Shown here one piece after another: positions 62,526-64,000 of a stretch of 64,000 nt of DNA. Origin of the DNA: Acidobacteriota bacterium (lineage in GTDB: Bacteria > Acidobacteriota > Vicinamibacteria > Vicinamibacterales > CAVVIG01); assembly GCA_003222395.1 (NCBI GenBank), contig QHWB01000069.1, positions 9,660-73,659 on the forward strand, read 5' to 3'. Under the pieces are notes generated by a model. It was not told where the DNA came from, made no database searches, and saw only the letters and a program-made list of their open reading frames with translations. The translations under genes and the position numbers were made by a program. Positions within the stretch are counted from its first letter, which is position 1. Each line of letters opens with the position of its first letter.

Positions 62526-63419
62526 TCAATACCGACACGTCTGATTCCTCGCCTTTACGAAGTACTTCTTGTAATTCGAAGCCTTCGGATCCATGCATCC
62601 CTCGAGATTGAGAAGCTCGATCTTCCGGAAGTCGGTCGGCGCGGTTTCCGCCTGGATGGCGATGTAGCCCGACGTCATCGGCGTGCCGTCGATCTTGACG
62701 GCCGGATCGACCGGCGACACATTGCCGCCCCCCATCTGCGGCTTGGTGTACTCGAGCACGGTGCGGCCGTCGATGACGTGTCGGACGCGTTCGTCGCCGT
62801 GCACTTCCACTTCGACGCGGACCCACTGATCGCCGTCGTACGTCGTCGACGTGGAATTGGTGCAATGCTGCGTATGCAGCTGGCCGTTCATGACGACGTT
62901 GGAGCCTGGCGTGCAAACATTGGCGGTGCTGCGCGGCCGGCCGTCGCCGAGCCCGCCGAGGAGCTGGACCTCGATCGAGATCGGGAAGTCCTGATCCTTC
63001 AACATCGTACCCGGTTTCTGACAGTGCAGCATCAGGCCGTTGTTCCGGATCGCCCACGTCGGACCGCCTGCCACCTGTTCGCCGACGAACCTGTACTCTG
63101 CCACCAGGCGATAGTACGAGAACGAGTCGTTGTAAAAGACGTGGCCGAACTCGCCGTTGAACGTGCGCCACTTGTCGTAGCGCACTTCAAGCAGACCATT
63201 TTCAACTCGCACGGTGTCGTTGAAATTCTCGCCGAGATCGTGTTTGGCAAACTTGGCCGTCCAGCCATCGAGGTTGCGACCGTTGAACAGCTGAATCCAT
63301 TCCTGTTTGTCGGGATCGTTCTGCGTCGAGGCGCCCGCCAACGGCGCCATGACGGAAGCGAGAAGGGCTGCGGCAATCGTCCGCCCGACTACGTTGCAGC
63401 GATGGCTCAGAGTCGTCAT
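62526..63419 (-). CDS. DUF1080 protein
   Basis: WIQLFNGRNLDGW, RNNGLMLH, FPISIEVQLLGG, GYIAIQAETAPTDFRKIEL. The ORF extension upstream of 63419 is unrelated sequence. Confidence 0.88.
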   Translation of the reverse strand: MTTLSHRCNVVGRTIAAALLASVMAPLAGASTQNDPDKQEWIQLFNGRNLDGWTAKFAKHDLGENFNDTVRVENGLLEVRYDKWRTFNGEFGHVFYNDSFSYYRLVAEYRFVGEQVAGGPTWAIRNNGLMLHCQKPGTMLKDQDFPISIEVQLLGGLGDGRPRSTANVCTPGSNVVMNGQLHTQHCTNSTSTTYDGDQWVRVEVEVHGDERVRHVIDGRTVLEYTKPQMGGGNVSPVDPAVKIDGTPMTSGYIAIQAETAPTDFRKIELLNLEGCMDPKASNYKKYFVKARNQTCRY

Positions 63420-63459
63420 GCGGCGCAGTATACCGACCTGCAGCAGGTTGTGGGCTCCC

Positions 63460-63620
63460 TTTCGCTTCTTGCGATAACTGGCGAGTGCGTCCGAGACTTC
63501 GCGCAGCGCGCGGTAGATCGTTCGCTCGTAGTTCACGACGAGCTCGCGCTCGACCGACTCCGAAAGGCGGACATTCGCGCGCGTCCGACCGGCATTGAAG
63601 AGTGGCGCCGCGGCGACGCG
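63460..63620 (-). pseudogene. Outer-membrane efflux (NodT/TolC) internal fragment
   Basis: PLFNAGRTRANVRLSE...YERTIYRALREVSDAL. Confidence 0.6.
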
Positions 63621-63755
63621 CCAATGCTGGCGGTCCGACGTAAAGCGGGGACGAGGGGAGGCGCCCGGCAGCGGCCTGCCCGAATGGGTGGTCTGCCAGA
63701 CCCAACGAATCGGTACGATGGCATTTTCGGTTGAGCCGCCGCACGGGAGACCATC

Positions 63756-64000
63756 ATGCGCATCGGAATCGTAGGAGCGGGAATGATCGGATCGACGCTC
63801 GCGAAGTTGTGGGTCGACGCCGGCCACGAGGTTCGTCTGGCGTCCAGGCATCCTGAGACACTGAAGCCGTTGATTGAACGGCTCGGACGACCGGCATCGG
63901 CCGGAGCGCCGGTGGATGCCGCCACCTTTGGCGAGGTCATCATGCTGACGGTTCCCCTGAAGGCGATCCCCGATCTCGCACCCGATCTTGCGCCATTACT
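63756..64000 (+). CDS. NADPH-dependent F420 reductase-like dinucleotide-binding protein (runs off window)
   Basis: MRIGIVGAGMIGSTLAKLWVDAGHEVRLASRHP...FGEVIMLTVP. Confidence 0.85.
   Translation, partial: MRIGIVGAGMIGSTLAKLWVDAGHEVRLASRHPETLKPLIERLGRPASAGAPVDAATFGEVIMLTVPLKAIPDLAPDLAPL

Noticed and set aside
62526-63851. 441-aa ORF as a TolC-DUF1080 fusion
   Set aside because: The upstream part is antisense to the F420-reductase-like gene plus a short efflux fragment; DUF1080 has its own signal peptide from 63419.

Overview
GC-rich bacterial DNA. Its gene content (Oar-type TonB-dependent receptors, several ADOP/MacB-like permeases, DUF1080 proteins) suggests Acidobacteriota, probably Vicinamibacteria-like; this is an inference. 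The window reads as a heavily rearranged accessory island. It opens with a 46-bp 3' fragment of tRNA-Asn (att-like site) and an IS110 remnant. It carries about six decayed copies of rve/DDE 'integrase core' elements with TGT...ACA ends. Intact cassettes alternate with many abruptly truncated gene fragments. The intact cassettes include a YtrA-ABC operon, catechol 2,3-dioxygenase, two TBDRs, LMF, groES-groEL, ADOP permeases, an aquaporin, an A-T-TE NRPS-like gene plus GT4, exported oxidoreductase/aldolase/NHL genes, a cytochrome c cluster, PP2C, gntK, PEBP and two DUF1080 genes. The top finding is a secreted DUF442/PTP-fold protein (42791-43327, -) with TGA exactly at the catalytic Cys of its CX5R loop (H-U-AGGG-R), an open frame beyond the TGA, and a SECIS-like hairpin. 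It is a candidate selenoprotein that the ORF track splits. Other leads are an unannotated 42-aa Pro-rich peptide coupled to a CxCG protein, a non-amino-acid A-T-TE/GT4 mini-cluster, and a secreted Cys/His-rich miniprotein. All family calls come from motif recognition, not database searches.
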